Of a stretch of DNA of 64,000 nt, positions 42,024 to 51,495 are shown piece after piece (position 1 is the stretch's first letter; every line of letters starts with the position of its first letter). This stretch comes from an uncultured Verrucomicrobiae bacterium (GTDB taxonomy: Bacteria > Verrucomicrobiota > Verrucomicrobiia > Chthoniobacterales > Chthoniobacteraceae), in assembly GCA_963828525.1 (NCBI GenBank), contig CAWHEP010000011.1, positions 96,001-160,000 of the forward strand. Direction: 5' to 3'. A program made the translations under genes and the position numbers. Under the pieces are notes generated by a model. It ran no database searches. It saw nothing but the letters and a program-made list of their open reading frames with translations, and had not been told where the DNA came from.

Positions 42024-44000
42024 CTAGGCGGACTTATAGCAACTTGGGTAGTGGAAGACCCCAGCCTTGTAGTTGATGTACGTCGCCAACGCCAGAAGCG
42101 GCCAATTGTTCCGGTACATGTCATATTTCAGATAAAACACTTTTGGAAAGCCGGTGCCAGTCGTCTGAGGTTCTGACCACGAGCCGTCCTTATTCTGAGT
42201 GCGCAGAAGGTAATCGACTCCCTTTCGAATTCGCGGGCGGTCGATGTCATCGCAGGCGCACAAACCCATCAGCGCCCAAGCCGTTTGGGAAGGTGTGCTG
42301 TCCCCCTTACCCTTCAGGGAGGGATCATCGTAGGTGGCGCAAGTCTCACCCCATCCGCCGTCCTCGTTCTGACAGCTTTCGACCCAATCGCGCGCCCGCA
42401 ATATCCAATCCTCATTCATATTCAGCCCTATGGCGCGAAGCCCTCTCAACACCTGCCATGTCCCGTAGATGTAATTGACCCCCCAGCGCCCATACCACGA
42501 TCCATCATCCTCCTGGGTGGCCTTCAGGTAAGTGATCGCGTGGCGCACCCGGCGATCTTCACGATCAAAGCCGATATATCCGAGGAGTTCCAGCGTCCTC
42601 CCGGTGAGATCGCTGCACGTCGGGTCGAGGATCGCGTTGTGGTCGGCAAAAGGCACATCCTCGAGCCAATTTTTTGTCACTTCCTTGTCGAAGGCGCCCC
42701 AGCCTCCGTTGCGGCATTGGAAACTCAGAAGCCAGGAGAGCGCCCGCTCAAACATGCATTCCATCTCCGGGCTGCTGTCCGGGTTCATGAGGCGCAACGC
42801 CATCAAGACCATACCGGTATCATCCGTATCAGGATAGTATATATTGTTGAACTCGAATGCCCACCCGCTCGCTTCGGGATGTGGGTTCTTGTGCGTCCAG
42901 TCTCCCTTGAAACGGACCTCTTTTTTTATCAGCCATTCCGCAGCCTGCTTCACTTCCGGTTTATCCGGATTCATGCCGGATTCAACCAGAGCAATGAGGT
43001 TGATCGACGTGTCCCAGACCGGGGAAAGGCAGGGTTGAATCCGGAAATCCTCCGGATCATCTACAAAAAGCCCTTCGAAATCGTTCACAGCCTTCTTCAG
43101 GACAGGATTGTCGTCGCTATACCCAAGAACCTTCAGCGTGATAATCGAGTTCAGCATTGCGGGAAACACCGTCGCCAGCCCGTCCGACCCTTCGCCCATG
43201 CGTTCCACCATCCAGCATTCCGCTTTTTCCAGCGCCATTTGGCGCAACGGTTTCCAAGAGGAAGCTTCGTGGAGTTTCAGCATCGCGTCGCATCTCAGGA
43301 AGAAGTTACGCCACGTGAGTAATCGATGGTCATGGCGCAAGGTGAAATCGTTATGCTCGGTTCCTGCCGGGTAGAGTTCATGCAACTGCCGGTCAGCCGG
43401 CAAGTGCCGTGTGGGTTTGAAATGATTGATGATGGCGAGCGGCATCAGCATCGCGCGGCTCCAGGAGGACATCTCGTAGATGTTGAAAAAGAGCCAGTTT
43501 GGCAGGAGGACAAACTCCACCGGGATTGTCGGCAAATATTTCCATGGGAACTGCCCAAGCAGCGCGAGGTAGAGCTTCGCGTAGGTGTTCATCCGCGGGA
43601 TGCCGCCAAGCCGAAGAATCGTCGCGCGCGCCTCTTGCATCCAGGGGGCCTGTGGAGAGTGTCCAGCGAGCTTCAGCGCAAAGTAAGCCTTGATCGACGC
43701 GTTGATCTCCGTCGGCCCGCCGTGATAGATGTTCCAGCCGCCATCTTCCTGTTGCCTGGAGCGAATGTGCTGCACGCATTTTTCCTGCAGAACCTCATCG
43801 AGCTGCTCCGCCCAATGCATGTAGAGGATGTAATCGGCGCACAGGGTGCAATCGACCATCAGCTCGCCCGCCCAATAGCCTTCAGGATGCTGCAGCCTCA
43901 GGAGATTGTTCTGAGCCAGATGAATTGCTTCCTCGAGTCCCACTGGCATCGCCGCGGATTCGGTGGTGTTTTCAATCAATTCACGGTGCTGTTGGCGCAT
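42024..44000 (-). CDS. shc: Squalene-hopene cyclase
   Basis: DTDD catalytic motif, QW repeats (QxxDGGW/GSW), SPVWDT and GRWGVNYIYGT. Confidence 0.96.
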   Translation of the reverse strand: MRQQHRELIENTTESAAMPVGLEEAIHLAQNNLLRLQHPEGYWAGELMVDCTLCADYILYMHWAEQLDEVLQEKCVQHIRSRQQEDGGWNIYHGGPTEINASIKAYFALKLAGHSPQAPWMQEARATILRLGGIPRMNTYAKLYLALLGQFPWKYLPTIPVEFVLLPNWLFFNIYEMSSWSRAMLMPLAIINHFKPTRHLPADRQLHELYPAGTEHNDFTLRHDHRLLTWRNFFLRCDAMLKLHEASSWKPLRQMALEKAECWMVERMGEGSDGLATVFPAMLNSIITLKVLGYSDDNPVLKKAVNDFEGLFVDDPEDFRIQPCLSPVWDTSINLIALVESGMNPDKPEVKQAAEWLIKKEVRFKGDWTHKNPHPEASGWAFEFNNIYYPDTDDTGMVLMALRLMNPDSSPEMECMFERALSWLLSFQCRNGGWGAFDKEVTKNWLEDVPFADHNAILDPTCSDLTGRTLELLGYIGFDREDRRVRHAITYLKATQEDDGSWYGRWGVNYIYGTWQVLRGLRAIGLNMNEDWILRARDWVESCQNEDGGWGETCATYDDPSLKGKGDSTPSQTAWALMGLCACDDIDRPRIRKGVDYLLRTQNKDGSWSEPQTTGTGFPKVFYLKYDMYRNNWPLLALATYINYKAGVFHYPSCYKSA

Positions 44001-44026
44001 GTCTGGGTTCCTTGTAAACCCGGCTG

Positions 44027-44054
44027 ATAGTAACAAGGCGTGTCGTTCTGTCAA
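44027..44054 (-). promoter_or_regulatory. Sigma-70-like promoter of shc
   Basis: TTGACA-16 nt-TACTAT on the minus strand, about 27 nt before ATG 44000. Confidence 0.6.
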
Positions 44055-44101
44055 CTTTAGGGTTCACTGGCGGCCCGCCGAAACTTCACCGGGACGCGGA
44101 G

Positions 44102-45745
44102 TTACACCACTTCCCTGTAGAAGAAGGCCATGAACAGGCCCAGTCCTATGACGCCGCACGCCCAGAGGAGTCGCGCCGGGGGCATACGCACAAGATCACG
44201 AAGCACCAGCAGTCTGATCGTACCGGCAAGCAAACCGAATGTCCCCAGGATCGCATGCTGGACGTTGATGAGGTTCGTCAGATCGTCAGTCACTGTCAGG
44301 GTGGAATGCGCGTGCCCCAGCAAGAGGAGACTGCCAGCGATCATTATCACGGGCAGCGCGTATCCCAGCGGGCGGGAGCGCTCCGGGTTTTTCTGGTCCC
44401 TCCAACTTAACCACGCGAGCAGGAATACCATGGCTGCGCCGAGTTGATGTTCAAGCAGTTGCGGGTCACTGATGGCCTGTCGAAACGTTACCTGGTGGAG
44501 CCACCACACCTCGGGATCCGCCGCGATGCCGATGAAGAAGCCGAAGGGTATGAGGAGAAAGGGGTAAAGACGGCTTGCCCATTTGCCAGCGCGTCCCCCA
44601 ATCGCCTGCGCCAGCCAGCCCATTCCCATGAGGAAAACCATTACGCCCGACCAGTTGTGCGTAAACTCCGAGTATCGGAGATCGTCGATCTTTCGCGTTG
44701 CCGCGCCAACCCACTGATTAGGATCGGTGACTTCCGTGCGAGGTAAATGAGGCGAAAGCAGAGCTCGGGTTTGCGCGTCGGTAAGGCGAAGAGAGTTATC
44801 CCGGCCTGGGGGCGAGACGGAGGCGAGGATGCCAGCCACTGTGATCACGAGCACGCCCGCGGTTACCTCGAGCTCGAGAGTTCGGGAAAACCATTGCAAC
44901 GTTGAGATCCTCGTAGCTGGTGACTGCTTATTGCCGTCGAGAAGCAGGGGACGGATGTAACGGAAGTTCACGAAACCGGCGAAGACAGCGGGGAGTATCA
45001 GCGTAAGTTTTACCAGAAGCGTAAGCCCGTAAGCAGAGGTAAACAGCGCCGAAAAGTGGCCAACAAACCGGAAAGCGCCCAGCAGGCCCGTCAGCGCGAG
45101 CAGCGAGGTCATCGCCAGCGCGACTGGTGAAAACCGCCGCACCATTTCCGCCACGAGCGCCGTTCGCTCCGGCGTCGGCTCGCCTCTGATCATTTCGGCC
45201 CGCGCGAAGAAGAAGTGCAAAAGCACACCCATCCAGACGGCTCCCGCCGCGATGTGAGCGACCTGGGCGGTGACAGAAAGGAGCCGGTACGTTGGTTGCG
45301 CGGCCGCGTGGCTCACAAAGCTTGCCGCCACCACTGCGCTGGTTGCCAGAAATGCGGTCAGCCACCATTTCCACTGGCCCCTGATCCGCGCGGACGCCGC
45401 CGTGAGAAGGAGCAGACCCGCCTTGAGGAGCGAGAAGTTCCCGACTGCCGTGATGCCCGCGAAGCGTACTACCAGCGCGGGGTCTACACCTCCAAAAACA
45501 GTTTTCCCCTGCACCTCCGCGACTTGAACGAACATATCCGCAAACGTGGCGAACGTTCCGCAGCACGCGGCGTAAATTACCCAGCGCTCGGCGCTCTGTT
45601 CGAAGCGGGAAATGAAGGCATTTCCCCCGTGCGACAGTCGGAGGGTTCGGACTGCTGGTTGCAACAGCCAGAGCACGGCGAACGGGCCACCGAGGGTGAC
45701 GATCAGGCTCGTGAGAAGCAGCGCATGGAGGGCGGAGTGTTCCAC
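44102..45745 (-). CDS. copD: CopD-family copper transporter fused to an extra His-rich membrane domain
   Basis: SHAAA, AHIAAGAVWMG, RFSPVA and YGLTLLVK motifs; C-terminal SEFTH..EHQ..HAH..QH helices. Confidence 0.8.
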   Translation of the reverse strand: MEHSALHALLLTSLIVTLGGPFAVLWLLQPAVRTLRLSHGGNAFISRFEQSAERWVIYAACCGTFATFADMFVQVAEVQGKTVFGGVDPALVVRFAGITAVGNFSLLKAGLLLLTAASARIRGQWKWWLTAFLATSAVVAASFVSHAAAQPTYRLLSVTAQVAHIAAGAVWMGVLLHFFFARAEMIRGEPTPERTALVAEMVRRFSPVALAMTSLLALTGLLGAFRFVGHFSALFTSAYGLTLLVKLTLILPAVFAGFVNFRYIRPLLLDGNKQSPATRISTLQWFSRTLELEVTAGVLVITVAGILASVSPPGRDNSLRLTDAQTRALLSPHLPRTEVTDPNQWVGAATRKIDDLRYSEFTHNWSGVMVFLMGMGWLAQAIGGRAGKWASRLYPFLLIPFGFFIGIAADPEVWWLHQVTFRQAISDPQLLEHQLGAAMVFLLAWLSWRDQKNPERSRPLGYALPVIMIAGSLLLLGHAHSTLTVTDDLTNLINVQHAILGTFGLLAGTIRLLVLRDLVRMPPARLLWACGVIGLGLFMAFFYREVV

Positions 45746-46153
45746 TTACCTCGCGGCGCCCACGTGGAAGAAGAGCCTGCCGGGCGCGCTGTGGCCGTCC
45801 CGGGACAATACCCGCCAATCAACCACATAATCGCCGGCAGGGAGCGCGCCGAGTTTTGCGCTAAGGTGAGTCCGATCTTTCGGATCTACCGCAGGTTCGC
45901 CCTTTATCAGATTTGTGTGAGTCTTTGCTGTCAGTTCACTCGTGACAAACACGTCCACCGAGTTGAAACCCTCGTCCAGTAGTTCGTTGAACCACAGGTC
46001 GATCTGCGCTGGCGCCGAGGCAATTTGAGCGTTCCGCTCCGGGTTCGAACGGATCATTCGCGCGTGCGCGAACGCCCCGGGAGAAAGAACGGCGAGAAAA
46101 ATGAGCGCCAGAAAGGAGGCGCGCATGGTCGTGGAGATGGGTGCTGTCTTCAT
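45746..46153 (-). CDS. copC: CopC periplasmic copper-binding protein
   Basis: Signal AFA|H with mature His1, SNP, FNE and WRVLSRDGH motifs. Confidence 0.9.
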   Translation of the reverse strand: MKTAPISTTMRASFLALIFLAVLSPGAFAHARMIRSNPERNAQIASAPAQIDLWFNELLDEGFNSVDVFVTSELTAKTHTNLIKGEPAVDPKDRTHLSAKLGALPAGDYVVDWRVLSRDGHSAPGRLFFHVGAAR

Positions 46154-46216
46154 CGCGCCTCTGTATCAAAGGCAGCGGTGGTTTAAAAGTCCGAAAGGCA
46201 GCGGCGCGCCAATGGA

Positions 46217-46372
46217 CTAGGCTTCCGGCTTTGTCTTCCGGAGACCTATCACATTGTCACCCGGCTTGAACTGCCCGCGCTTTTTCAACAATTCCACCCG
46301 CTCAAAGCGCTTGAGGACGTTGCGTTTCGCTGCGATCTGGCTGGCGCCCTTAAGGCTTCTGTGCTGTGACAT
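46217..46372 (-). CDS. PVC-superphylum signature small basic protein (51 aa; not in the ORF track)
   Basis: MSQHRSLKGASQIAAKRNVLKRFERVELLKKRGQFKPGDNVIGLRKTKPEA; upstream TTGCAG-16-TATAGT promoter-like element at 46393-46420. Confidence 0.9.
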   Translation of the reverse strand: MSQHRSLKGASQIAAKRNVLKRFERVELLKKRGQFKPGDNVIGLRKTKPEA

Positions 46373-46467
46373 ATGGTTGGAAAAGGAGCGAGACTATAGA
46401 CGGAGTGGCGCCTCCTGCAACTAGTTTCCTCCCAATCTTCGGAAGGCTCGGTCTAGGCTTGGCCCTG

Positions 46468-47022
46468 CTAAATCATTCCCAGCTTCATCTTGCCGGCTTC
46501 GCTGATCATATTTGGATTCCAAGGCGGATCCCAAACCAACTCGACTTCCGCGTCCGACACTCCTGGGACCGTCAGTAATTTGCCTCTGGCCTCGGCTGCG
46601 AGCGTCGGCCCCATTCCGCAACCGGGGGCGGTCAAAGTCATTTTCACGTCCACTTTTGAACCAACCGACGCGGCGTCAGAACTGATGCGGCAATCATAGA
46701 CAAGCCCAAGATCCACAATATTTACCGGTATTTCCGGATCGTAGCAGGTTTTTAATTGATCCCAGAGGGCTTTTTCGCTGACAGGTCCCTCTTCGCCCGA
46801 TCTCGCGGCATCCGCTGGTTTCGGGGCAGGCGTAAGACCGAGAGCATCGGCGTTTTCGTCGTTTATCCGAACCAAACCCCAATCTGTGCGAACCGTGTAG
46901 CTGCCGCCCAACGACTGGGTAATGGTTACCCGGGTTCCGGCGGGGATCACCGAAGGCATCCCGCTTGGGATCTGAACGGCGTCGCAGTCTCTGCCAAGTA
47001 TCACTTCGGAGTTCGTTTGCAT
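46468..47022 (-). CDS. sufT: Fe-S assembly protein SufT (long DUF59 type)
   Basis: TQSLGGSYT, CYDPEIPVNIVDLGLVY, TLTAPGCGMG and WDPPW motifs. Confidence 0.9.
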   Translation of the reverse strand: MQTNSEVILGRDCDAVQIPSGMPSVIPAGTRVTITQSLGGSYTVRTDWGLVRINDENADALGLTPAPKPADAARSGEEGPVSEKALWDQLKTCYDPEIPVNIVDLGLVYDCRISSDAASVGSKVDVKMTLTAPGCGMGPTLAAEARGKLLTVPGVSDAEVELVWDPPWNPNMISEAGKMKLGMI

Positions 47023-47023
47023 A

Positions 47024-47521
47024 TTAGGATTGGACAGGTTCGTTTTGGATGATCTTTATGCGCTTCTCCTGAGTGGTAGGGGCGCGGAATTGCTCGATGA
47101 GGCCTTTCGGCGCATCCGCCGATGCAACCGCCGGGGGTGGCGCGCCATCCTGGAGAAGCGCGGATCGCAGCGCGCTTTCGACGAGCTGAGCGCAATGTAT
47201 TTTCATTGGCGGCAGAGGCCCCAATCTCGAAGACAAATCCTGCCCGGACATGGATAGCGCCTCATCAACGGTCTTGCCGGCGATCAGTTCCGTCGCGACA
47301 CTCGCCACCGCAATCGCAGTCTCGCATCCGAAAGTTTGGAAGGTCGCTCGATCAATGACTTTTACGCCGTCACGATCCTTGAACTTCACCCACATGCGCA
47401 GCATATCTCCACAGTCCGCGCTGCCAACCGTGCCTATGGCGTCGGCACCCTCCATTTCACCAAGGTTTTTGGGGTTGCGGACGGCTTCTTCAATCCGATT
47501 CTGAAGTTCATTTTGTGCCAT
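47024..47521 (-). CDS. iscU: IscU/NifU-type Fe-S scaffold
   Basis: PKNLG, CGD, FGC and LPPMKIHC motifs. Confidence 0.85.
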   Translation of the reverse strand: MAQNELQNRIEEAVRNPKNLGEMEGADAIGTVGSADCGDMLRMWVKFKDRDGVKVIDRATFQTFGCETAIAVASVATELIAGKTVDEALSMSGQDLSSRLGPLPPMKIHCAQLVESALRSALLQDGAPPPAVASADAPKGLIEQFRAPTTQEKRIKIIQNEPVQS

Positions 47522-47524
47522 GGC

Positions 47525-48070
47525 TTACTCCAGCGTGTAGCGGGGGATGGAGGGATCGACTTCAGCGCTCCACGCGTCCACCCCACCCAAAAGGCTCCTG
47601 ATGTTCGTAAAGCCGTGTCCCGCGAAATAAGCAGTGGCATCCATGCTGCGCGCGCCTTGATGATCTATCATCACTACTGCTTCGTCCCGGTTCCATAGGG
47701 AAAGCATCTCGCGCATCAATTCCTGCGTGAAAAGGAGAGATCCTTCGATGCGAGCGGAGTCAAATTCCTCGCGCGTCCTGATATCGACGAGCTTTACGGT
47801 TGCGGTCTCCATCTCCCGAGCAAGATCAGATACGGTCACCTGAGTCTTTAGGTCCTCATCCTGGCTTTTCCGCAGATATTCAATGACTTCAGTTACGGGT
47901 AGATCGTCGTTTCTGGCGCACACGCCGCCGAGAGTTTCCTCGGGCTTGAAACCGCAACTGCTGCACCCGCCAATATGATACTTCTTGAAAAGCGCCCGCT
48001 GCGCCCCGGGATAAACCTCGAGCAGATCACGCATGGTGATGTCCGGCCCTATGGAGATCGTTTGAGTCAT
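47525..48070 (-). CDS. DUF1858-like plus rhodanese-domain protein
   Basis: YPGAQRALF..HIGGCSSC..ETL, then LVDIRT..DHQGARS..SLLGGVDAW. The usual rhodanese loop Cys appears to be Asp. Confidence 0.75.
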   Translation of the reverse strand: MTQTISIGPDITMRDLLEVYPGAQRALFKKYHIGGCSSCGFKPEETLGGVCARNDDLPVTEVIEYLRKSQDEDLKTQVTVSDLAREMETATVKLVDIRTREEFDSARIEGSLLFTQELMREMLSLWNRDEAVVMIDHQGARSMDATAYFAGHGFTNIRSLLGGVDAWSAEVDPSIPRYTLE

Positions 48071-48143
48071 GAGTGGTTAAGCTAACTCTTGAGTCGCGCA
48101 AACACAAACCGCGAAGTCGGCGGATTGCGCTCTCAGGCCCGGC

Positions 48144-48875
48144 TCAGGGGATGATGATTGTAACACCTGGCTTCAACTTCGCTTTATGACCGAGCCTGTT
48201 GAAATTCGCGTCCTCGATGTCCTTCCACCTCGAGGATGTCTTGTAGAAGCGGCGTGAAATGGCGGCAAGGGTATCGCCAGGCCGGATGACGTAGGTCCGG
48301 CTGCCCGGAGGCAGGGGCTTTGTCGCGTCACCTTGCGACGGAGACGCTCGGGCTGTTTCGCGCATCTCCTTTAGCTCTGCATGCAACTCCGCGTCCTGCT
48401 TTCGAAGCGTGAGGTCTTCGTTCTTGATCCGCGCGGCTTCTTTTTGAGAAAGAGTGCCCCCCGCGAAAGACGCGAGGAGTTTCGCCTGCGTTTCCGCGAT
48501 GTATGCCTTCGCCTCTTTCGCGTGAGCGCCATCACTGGCAAGTTCCAGATAGCGCTGAAAGTGATATATGGCGCCGACGCTGTCATTCAGCTTCTCGTCG
48601 CACAGGCGGGCGAGCCGGAAATGAATCTCCGCGGCTTTGGAGGGGTCGTCCAGAGCCGCTTCGTACGAGGAGAGCGCGGCGCGGTAATCTCCAGCGGCGG
48701 CCTGCTTCTCGGCCTGTTGAGAGGAACGACCCGCGTGGCTCTGAAGCCAGTCATCACACCCCGCGAGGGAGATAACCGTCACGAGAATGACGCAAGCGGC
48801 GCGAAAGAGGGTCTTGGCGACCAGGATGCTTGATCCGCGCTTCGCCGGCAGCGCGTCCCAACCGTGCTCGCTCAC
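48144..48875 (-). CDS. TPR + coiled-coil + LysM lipoprotein (start uncertain)
   Basis: LAGC lipobox, TPR-like AIYHFQRYLEL, LysM YVIRPGDTLAAISRRFY. Confidence 0.8.
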   Translation of the reverse strand: MSEHGWDALPAKRGSSILVAKTLFRAACVILVTVISLAGCDDWLQSHAGRSSQQAEKQAAAGDYRAALSSYEAALDDPSKAAEIHFRLARLCDEKLNDSVGAIYHFQRYLELASDGAHAKEAKAYIAETQAKLLASFAGGTLSQKEAARIKNEDLTLRKQDAELHAELKEMRETARASPSQGDATKPLPPGSRTYVIRPGDTLAAISRRFYKTSSRWKDIEDANFNRLGHKAKLKPGVTIIIP

Positions 48876-49624
48876 TTCAGTCGAAGCTTTTCAAGTCTCT
48901 CGACGACGGTTTTCAGCACTTTCACTCGCGCATGCCATTTATAATTCGCGGCGATTATGCTCCAGGGTGCTTCTTCAGTGTCCGTGCGCTCGAACATCTG
49001 TTCCGCCGCATGGTTGTGCTCATCCCACTTCTTCCGGTTGCGCCAGTCCTCATCGCTAATCTTCCAATATTTATAGGGATCCGCTTCGCGTCTGCGGAAT
49101 CTGGCGAGTTGCTCATCCTTGCTCACATGGAGATAGAATTTGAAGAGAATCGCGTTGCCATCAACCAGCAGTTTTTCGAACTGCCGGATTTCCGTGAACG
49201 CTCGCTTCCACTCCGGTTCGGTTGCGAACCCCTCCACTCTCTCCACGAGGACGCGGCCATACCAGGAGCGATCGAAGATCGCCGTCTGGCCAAACGGCGG
49301 GAGCTTGTTCCAAAAGCGCCACATATAATGATGCTGATATTCCTCCGCTGTGGGCTTGATGACGGAATATACCCGCACCATTCGAGGGTCGAGGCGTTCC
49401 ACCAGACGCTTGATGCACCCTCCTTTGCCTGCCGCGTCCGGGCCTTCAAATACGACGAGGAGGGAGTGCTTCGTCTCGACGAGCTTGCGTTGTAGATTGA
49501 GGAACCGAAGCTGGAGATCTTTCAGCTTCTGTTTGTAGTCCGATTCCTCGATCTGCTTGTGCTCCAGATCGTCCAGGTGAAACGCCTTTTTCTCGACGTT
49601 GAGTTCCTTTTCGGTGCCTGCCAT
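48872..49624 (-). CDS. ppk2: Polyphosphate kinase 2 family
   Basis: FEGPDAAGKGG, FDRSWYGRVLVERVEG and KWHAR motifs. Confidence 0.9.
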   Translation of the reverse strand: MAGTEKELNVEKKAFHLDDLEHKQIEESDYKQKLKDLQLRFLNLQRKLVETKHSLLVVFEGPDAAGKGGCIKRLVERLDPRMVRVYSVIKPTAEEYQHHYMWRFWNKLPPFGQTAIFDRSWYGRVLVERVEGFATEPEWKRAFTEIRQFEKLLVDGNAILFKFYLHVSKDEQLARFRRREADPYKYWKISDEDWRNRKKWDEHNHAAEQMFERTDTEEAPWSIIAANYKWHARVKVLKTVVERLEKLRLK

Positions 49625-49712
49625 CGTGTGCAATAGCCTTAGGTTGCGACCGTCAGGTTGTCCAAGAGATTCGGTTGGCGCGCTATCGAGGGGATCGGAA
49701 CCATCCCGAGCA

Positions 49713-50597
49713 TTACTTCGCGGGAGGTATATCCGAATAGCCCGGGCACGCTTTTGTGATGTTCGGCGTCGCATCCGCGCTGACCATCCCGAGCGCCCAT
49801 TTGATCCCGCCAATCAGCAGCTTTTGGAATGCGGGATTCGTCCATATATCGTCGCGGTGCCCCATGGCTGTGTAGAAAACGCGCCCCGCTCCATAGTTGT
49901 GAATCCACGTATCGGGGTAAGAGCGGCGTTGGTACATGTTGCCTGCCATTCCATCTGTTACCTGGCTGTAAATCACGTGCAGGTCTGGCGCGAAGTTTTT
50001 CAGGGAATACCATTCCTCCAGGAGATCCAGCCCATTCTTTCCTTCTTCGACTCCGGGGAACGCGGGGTCGGCGCAGATCAGCTTCGACTTCTGCTGCTTG
50101 CCATGGTGGATGAATTCTCCTCCCAGCATTGCCAAATAGGGGTCGAGATCGCTCGGGTTGGCCTGGTAGCGCTCGCCGGGGCTATGGAACGTGTCGGTCG
50201 CGCTATGCACCCCCACAAAGCCTTTGCCTTTCTTGATCGCGTCCAGCAGCGCAGCCTTCCCTTCCACCGGCATGGGTGGTTGATTGTCTCCGCCGGGCTT
50301 CGTGAGGTCTCCCGTCGTGTAAAACACGAAGCAGTCATACTTCGCGATGTTCTCCGGGGTAAACAGCCCGCCGTCCTTGGAAAAGGTGAACTCAATGCCC
50401 TCCGCGTGTCCAAGCGGCTTCAGAATGTTCTCGGCGTAACTTGGCTGCCCAGCTTTTTGTTTGATGACCGAGTGCTCAAAAGCCTGCGATCTCGAAAAGA
50501 AAAGAACGTGGCGCGGTGGGCCGTCGAGCGCGGCAGCGGGGGCCGGCTTTACAGCGGCTGAGAGGAAAAGCGCCAGGAGGAGGGAGGGTAGTTTCAT
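49713..50597 (-). CDS. Secreted ThuA-domain protein
   Basis: Signal peptide; FEHS, GFVGVHSATDT, EEWY and RVFYTAMGH motifs. Confidence 0.85.
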   Translation of the reverse strand: MKLPSLLLALFLSAAVKPAPAAALDGPPRHVLFFSRSQAFEHSVIKQKAGQPSYAENILKPLGHAEGIEFTFSKDGGLFTPENIAKYDCFVFYTTGDLTKPGGDNQPPMPVEGKAALLDAIKKGKGFVGVHSATDTFHSPGERYQANPSDLDPYLAMLGGEFIHHGKQQKSKLICADPAFPGVEEGKNGLDLLEEWYSLKNFAPDLHVIYSQVTDGMAGNMYQRRSYPDTWIHNYGAGRVFYTAMGHRDDIWTNPAFQKLLIGGIKWALGMVSADATPNITKACPGYSDIPPAK

Positions 50598-50676
50598 CGG
50601 TTCTTTCTAGCGACCGGCCAACCCTTTTGGCAAGCTCGACGCGGAAGCCCTCCTGCTGTTTGGATGCTTCCAACAA

Positions 50677-51453
50677 ATGTCGCCCGCGAAACCCTCCTCT
50701 CCCCCCGCGCTGGTTGCCTCCATCCACGATGTGTCGCCGCTTACACGGCCCTTGGTGGAACTCATGATGGCCAGCCTGAGCGCGTCTGGCATTCAGCGTC
50801 TCTCGCTGCTAGTGATACCGGATCATCATCACCGCGGGCATTTTCTCAAGGATGCTTCTTTTTGTGAATGGCTCCTGGCGCTGCGGGACGCGGGTCACGA
50901 GATAATCATTCACGGCTACCATCACTGGCGTGACCGCCGAACATCTGAAAGCGCCGCCGCCAGGTTTGTAACCCGCATATACACCGCGGATGAAGGTGAG
51001 TTCTTCGATATCGACAGGGAAAATGCCCGGCAGTTGCTTGCGAGGGCCCGCGAAGAATTCCAGAGCATCGGTCTGAACCCGACGGGCTTTATCGCTCCTG
51101 CCTGGCTCCTCAGCCAGGCCGCGGAAGACGCTCTGCGAGACCTGGGCATCGCCTACACGACCAGGCTGGGATCCGTGTTGGATCTTCGCAATGGCCGCGC
51201 TCATCGCTCCCAGTCCCTCGTTTACAGCGTTCGGACCGGCCCTCGCCGGGCGGCGAGCTTGTTCTGGAATGCTTTCCTGTTCCGAAGGCTGGCAGACGCT
51301 CCACTCCTCAGAATAGGCGCTCATCCTCCCGACTTCTCTTGTCCGGCGATATGGCGGCAGATTACCCGCATCGTTGGTCTCGCCCTTGAACAACGGGCCT
51401 CTTTGACTTATCAAGGCTGGCTCTCCACTTGCGCGCCTCCGCCGGTTACCTGA
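50677..51453 (+). CDS. Polysaccharide deacetylase (DUF2334-like)
   Basis: SIHDVSP, IHGYHH, EGEF, GFIAPAWL and RIGAHP motifs. Confidence 0.8.
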   Translation: MSPAKPSSPPALVASIHDVSPLTRPLVELMMASLSASGIQRLSLLVIPDHHHRGHFLKDASFCEWLLALRDAGHEIIIHGYHHWRDRRTSESAAARFVTRIYTADEGEFFDIDRENARQLLARAREEFQSIGLNPTGFIAPAWLLSQAAEDALRDLGIAYTTRLGSVLDLRNGRAHRSQSLVYSVRTGPRRAASLFWNAFLFRRLADAPLLRIGAHPPDFSCPAIWRQITRIVGLALEQRASLTYQGWLSTCAPPPVT

Positions 51454-51495
51454 CCCTCGGGCAGGTTCATCTTCCGGCTTCTTCCCACACCCCTC

